DNA of 64,000 nucleotides from Clostridia bacterium (GTDB taxonomy: Bacteria; Bacillota; Clostridia; CAKSNL01; HGM11501): contig JAZQAZ010000019.1 in assembly GCA_045545475.1 (NCBI GenBank), forward strand, positions 1 through 64,000, in the 5' to 3' direction. Both the position numbers and the translations under genes were made by a program. Shown one piece after another: positions 60,684-64,000 of this stretch. How positions within the stretch are numbered: the first letter of the stretch is position 1; the number at the start of each line of letters is the position of its first letter. The notes under the pieces are model-generated. The model did no database searches and was not told the DNA's origin. It saw nothing but the letters and a program-made list of their open reading frames with translations.

Positions 60684-61494
60684 ATATTTTGATGCAAAAC
60701 GGCTGTCTTTTTTTGTAGTAATAATATTCTGAGAAACCAATTGCTTTCAGTTTTTCTTTAGTTTCGCTGAAAGCTTTTCCGACATTTTGTGCTATATGAG
60801 CATCGCTGCCTAAGGTTATAAGTCTTCCGCCCATATTATAATACATTTCAACAACATTTAGCGGAGGCATATATTCACTGTAAAATGAGTAAAGTCCGGA
60901 GGTGTTTATTTCAAGGGCGATATTTCTTTTTATGATTGCAAATAAGATTTTTTCAATTATATCCATATGGTTGTTAACGTCAATTCCTTTACCGTATTTG
61001 CCATTAATGTATCTCAGCGGACATGTCAGATGAGCAAGGATGTCAATATCGGAGTTTTCAGCTGTATATAAAACTTCGGACAAATATTTCCTGAAATAAT
61101 TATTGAGAAAGTTCGAAGTAAAACCGGAAAAATCAATCAATGAATAAAAGGTGTTCACATCTTCCATTAAGGTGCAGTGTACCGACCCTATTACAACGTC
61201 AAGGTCGGGGAGGGCGAGGATGCTTTTCGTGTAATCTGAATCAAGGAATCCTTCTGCTAGTTCTACTCCTTTGAAAATGGTGAGTTTATCTCCGTATTTT
61301 GCTCTTGCTGCATCAACAGCTTTATGACTGCTTTTTATTCGCTGATACGCGTTGGTCCTTTTGGAACTTGGTATATCAACGTGATCGGTTATGCATATAC
61401 CGGAAAGTCCTTTCCTTATAGCATAGGAACAAAGACCGTCAAGATCCTGCATGCAGTCATCCGAGTTATCTGTATGGGTATGAGAATCGAACAT
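60682..61494 (-). CDS. HisJ-family histidinol-phosphatase (PHP domain)
   Basis: DSHTH, ITDH, GVE, GSVH, LAH, EINTSG and GSDAH motifs; minus-strand promoter TTGATA-17 bp-TAAAAT at about 61523-61551. Confidence 0.88.
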   Translation of the reverse strand: MFDSHTHTDNSDDCMQDLDGLCSYAIRKGLSGICITDHVDIPSSKRTNAYQRIKSSHKAVDAARAKYGDKLTIFKGVELAEGFLDSDYTKSILALPDLDVVIGSVHCTLMEDVNTFYSLIDFSGFTSNFLNNYFRKYLSEVLYTAENSDIDILAHLTCPLRYINGKYGKGIDVNNHMDIIEKILFAIIKRNIALEINTSGLYSFYSEYMPPLNVVEMYYNMGGRLITLGSDAHIAQNVGKAFSETKEKLKAIGFSEYYYYKKRQPFCIKI

Positions 61495-61555
61495 ATAAAC
61501 GCCACCTTTCTAATGTTGATTTATTTTATCACATTAAGGCTTTTTTATCAAGTTA

Positions 61556-61599
61556 TATTTCGTCTTTACACATTCATTCCAATGATAATCGGAGAGATA
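61556..61599. other. Putative recombination (att-like) site at the sigG breakpoint
   Basis: 21-bp arms flank a central TT (61577-61578) and match as an inverted repeat at 11 of 21 positions, including CATT-nn-TT-nn-AATG. SigG similarity starts exactly here. Confidence 0.5.
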
Positions 61600-62067
61600 A
61601 GGAGGTATTTAAGAGATTATAACACAATTAGAGTGAGTCGCTCTGTAAGGGATCTTGCATATAAAGTGATTGCGGTCAGAGAAAAACTTTCCAACGAAAA
61701 ACAAACTGAAGTCACTAACGAAGATATTGCAAAAGTCCTTGAGGTAGAAAAAAAGGATGTTGATATGGCTCTTGATGCAATCGCTGATCCGGTTTCGATT
61801 TTCGACCCGGTTTATCACGATGGAGGAGATGCAGTATATCTTATGGATCAGATATCCGATGAAAAGAATACGGATGAAAACTGGACGGAATCCATAGCTC
61901 TTTCGGAAGCTATGAAAAAGCTTGGGGAAAGAGAAAAAAAGATATTGAAGCTTCGCTTTTTTGAAGGGAAAACGCAAATGGAAGTGGCTGAAGAAGTGGG
62001 AATAAGCCAAGCTCAGGTGTCGCGTCTCGAAAAGAGTGCGATTGATATTATGAGAAGAAATATTTGA
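61576..62067 (+). CDS. sigG: 3' half of forespore sigma factor SigG (5' part missing; no own RBS or start)
   Basis: PMIIGEIRRYLRD...IRVSRSVRDLAYK...DAIADPVSIFDPVYHDGGD...GKTQMEVAEEVGISQAQVSRLEK matches SigG from region 2.4 to the end. The upstream in-frame sequence is not sigma-like and overlaps the HisJ-family gene and its promoter. Confidence 0.85.
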   Translation: MPMIIGEIRRYLRDYNTIRVSRSVRDLAYKVIAVREKLSNEKQTEVTNEDIAKVLEVEKKDVDMALDAIADPVSIFDPVYHDGGDAVYLMDQISDEKNTDENWTESIALSEAMKKLGEREKKILKLRFFEGKTQMEVAEEVGISQAQVSRLEKSAIDIMRRNI

Positions 62068-62113
62068 AAAGAAAAATATTGTCAGAATATATTAATCTAA
62101 AGTAAAATAGTCT

Positions 62114-62142
62114 TTGACAAATTATGGGGTTTGTGCTATAAT
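62114..62142 (+). promoter_or_regulatory. Consensus sigma-A promoter of lysA
   Basis: TTGACA-17 bp-TATAAT with TG extension. Confidence 0.85.
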
Positions 62143-62181
62143 TTACTAGTGAGAATTTGTTCAATTGAGGAGTAGACAATT

Positions 62182-63471
62182 ATGTTTGGCGATTATGAAG
62201 TAAGAAACGGACATTTATATATTTCAGGAGCTGATACAGTCAGTCTTGCCCGTAAATACGGCACACCGCTTTATGTGATGAGTGAAGATGTGGTGAGAGC
62301 ATCTTGCCGAGAACTAAAAGGAGCACTTGATAAGTATTATGATTCTTGCGGGATGATTACCTATGCGTCGAAAGCAATGTGCATTAAAGAAATGTGCAGA
62401 ATCGTTTCTTCGGAAGGTCTTGGTATAGATTGTGTATCCGGTGGAGAACTCTACACAGCCAAAGAAGCCGGAGTTGCCATGGAAAAAATCCACTATCACG
62501 GAAACAATAAAACTGATGAAGAAATAAAATTCGGCCTTTCAATGGGCGTTGGAAAGTTCATCGTAGACAGCGAGGAAGAGCTTATAAAAATAAACCGCTT
62601 TGCAAAAGAAAAAGGAATGGTGCAGAAAATACTCATTCGTGTAACACCGGGAGTTGACGCACATACCCACGATTTTATAAAGACAGGTCAGATTGATTCA
62701 AAATTCGGCTTCGCAATCGAAACGGGTGCTGCTGAAGAAATTTGTAAAAAGGCCCTGACTCTCGAAAATGTTCATCTTAGCGGTTTTCATTGTCATATTG
62801 GCTCACAAATTTTTGAAAAAGAACCGTTTGTAGAAACTGCCGAAATAATGCTTGATTTTATAAACGATATGGAAAATAAATACGGAAAAGCGTTTACAAA
62901 TCTTGTACTAGGCGGAGGATTTGGAATTAAATATACCGAAGAGGATAATCCCTTACCTTTTGATGAAATATTGAAACCCGTTCTTTGTTATATAAAGGAG
63001 CGCAGAGTAAAAGAGGGCAAGGATCTTATAAGACTCGGTTTTGAACCAGGAAGAAGCATAGCAGGGCCTGCGGGAGTTACTCTTTATACAGTCGGCAGTG
63101 TGAAAGAAATTCCCAATATCCGTACTTATGTTTCTGTTGACGGAGGAATGGGGGATAATCCGAGATATATTTTATATCAGGCAAAATATGAATTTCTTAT
63201 TGCAGAAAGAGCGGACCAGGCCAAAGAAAAAACAGTCTCCGTATGTGGCAAATGCTGTGAATCAGGAGATATGCTTGGTGAAAACGTACCGCTCGGAGAG
63301 GTTTCGGAAGGCGATATATTAGCCGTTAAAGCTACAGGTGCTTATAATTATTCTATGGCCAGCAACTACAACAGGATTCCACGTCCTCCGGTTGTATTTA
63401 TAAAAAACGGCGAAGACAGACTTTGTGTAAAGAGAGAAACTTACGAAGATTTAATTAAACTTGATATATAA
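62182..63471 (+). CDS. lysA: Diaminopimelate decarboxylase
   Basis: YGTPLYV, YASKA (PLP lysine), HCHIGSQ, GGGFG, EPGR, CESGD and GAYNYSMASNYN motifs. Confidence 0.96.
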   Translation: MFGDYEVRNGHLYISGADTVSLARKYGTPLYVMSEDVVRASCRELKGALDKYYDSCGMITYASKAMCIKEMCRIVSSEGLGIDCVSGGELYTAKEAGVAMEKIHYHGNNKTDEEIKFGLSMGVGKFIVDSEEELIKINRFAKEKGMVQKILIRVTPGVDAHTHDFIKTGQIDSKFGFAIETGAAEEICKKALTLENVHLSGFHCHIGSQIFEKEPFVETAEIMLDFINDMENKYGKAFTNLVLGGGFGIKYTEEDNPLPFDEILKPVLCYIKERRVKEGKDLIRLGFEPGRSIAGPAGVTLYTVGSVKEIPNIRTYVSVDGGMGDNPRYILYQAKYEFLIAERADQAKEKTVSVCGKCCESGDMLGENVPLGEVSEGDILAVKATGAYNYSMASNYNRIPRPPVVFIKNGEDRLCVKRETYEDLIKLDI

Positions 63472-63501
63472 GGCGATAGCCTTTTAGAGGAGGTGTTAAA
63501 A

Positions 63502-64000
63502 ACGGAGGAGGTAATTTTTAAAACTGAAGAATTTGAAGGTCCTCTCGATCTGCTTTTACACCTTATCAGCAAGAATAAATTAAGTATCGTTGATGTTTCC
63601 CTTGCAAAAATAACCGATCAGTATTTCTCTTATATAGAACAGTGGAAGAATGAAAATATAGAGTTCTCAAGTGAATTTTTGGTTGTGGCGTCGGAACTTC
63701 TCTATATTAAATCTAAATTCTTACTTCCACGTCACGAAGAGGAAGAGGCAAATCCGGAAGATGAAGAACAAAACCTTCTTGCACGACTTAAAGAATATAA
63801 ACTCTTTAAATATACTGCCACAAAAATCGGTGACAGACAATTTGAGTCAAAATATCTTTTCTTCCGTTTGGCAGAAGCTTTGAAATTCAAAGCTAAACCT
63901 ATGAAAAAAATGCCTAAGGAAAAACTATTATCGGCACTTTATGGCTTGGCAGAAAGAAAGGCATCGTTGCTTCCACCCGGAAAAGAAACCCTTAAAGATG
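63502..64000 (+). CDS. scpA: Segregation/condensation protein A (partial, runs off the window end)
   Basis: Translated by hand: EEVIFKTEEFEGPLDLLLHLISKNK...ITDQY...SEFLVVASELLYIKSKFLLP...LKEYKLFK. Absent from the ORF track; start codon ambiguous (ACG 63502 or GTG 63493). Confidence 0.9.

Noticed and set aside
61324-61575. N-terminal 84 codons of the 247-aa ORF containing the sigG fragment
   Set aside because: Not sigma-like, has no RBS, and overlaps the HisJ-family gene and its promoter on the opposite strand; a chance open-frame extension.
62068-62181. Lysine riboswitch upstream of lysA
   Set aside because: The consensus promoter leaves a leader of only about 30 nt, too short for an L-box.
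1-64000. CRISPR array, prophage, IS elements or cellulosomal cohesin/dockerin modules
   Set aside because: No regularly spaced repeat-spacer array, phage or transposase ORF, or duplicated dockerin calcium-binding motif was recognised.

Overview
AT-rich window from a spore-forming Clostridia-like Firmicute (inferred from sigma-A type promoters, GGAGG RBSs, SLH domains and a sigG-like gene). About 1-50 kb is a carbohydrate-catabolism region. It is built around five paralogous two-gene modules, each a secreted GH99/GH71-like (GWNE motif) multidomain enzyme followed by a secreted multi-F5/8C (CBM32-like) protein; both partners end in a copper-amine-oxidase N-terminal 'stalk' domain. Between the modules lie two AraC regulators, signal-peptide-less GH43, GH78, GH20 and GH2 enzymes, sugar isomerases, two metallophosphoesterases, a type I restriction-modification operon and a candidate small RNA. 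The right end holds PFOR, an SLH surface protein, galT, a HisJ-family phosphatase, lysA and the start of scpA. It also holds an intact 3' half of sigG that begins at an imperfect inverted repeat resembling a serine-recombinase att site, which suggests a split, rearrangement-activated forespore sigma factor. All family calls come from motifs recognised by eye; no database searches were run.
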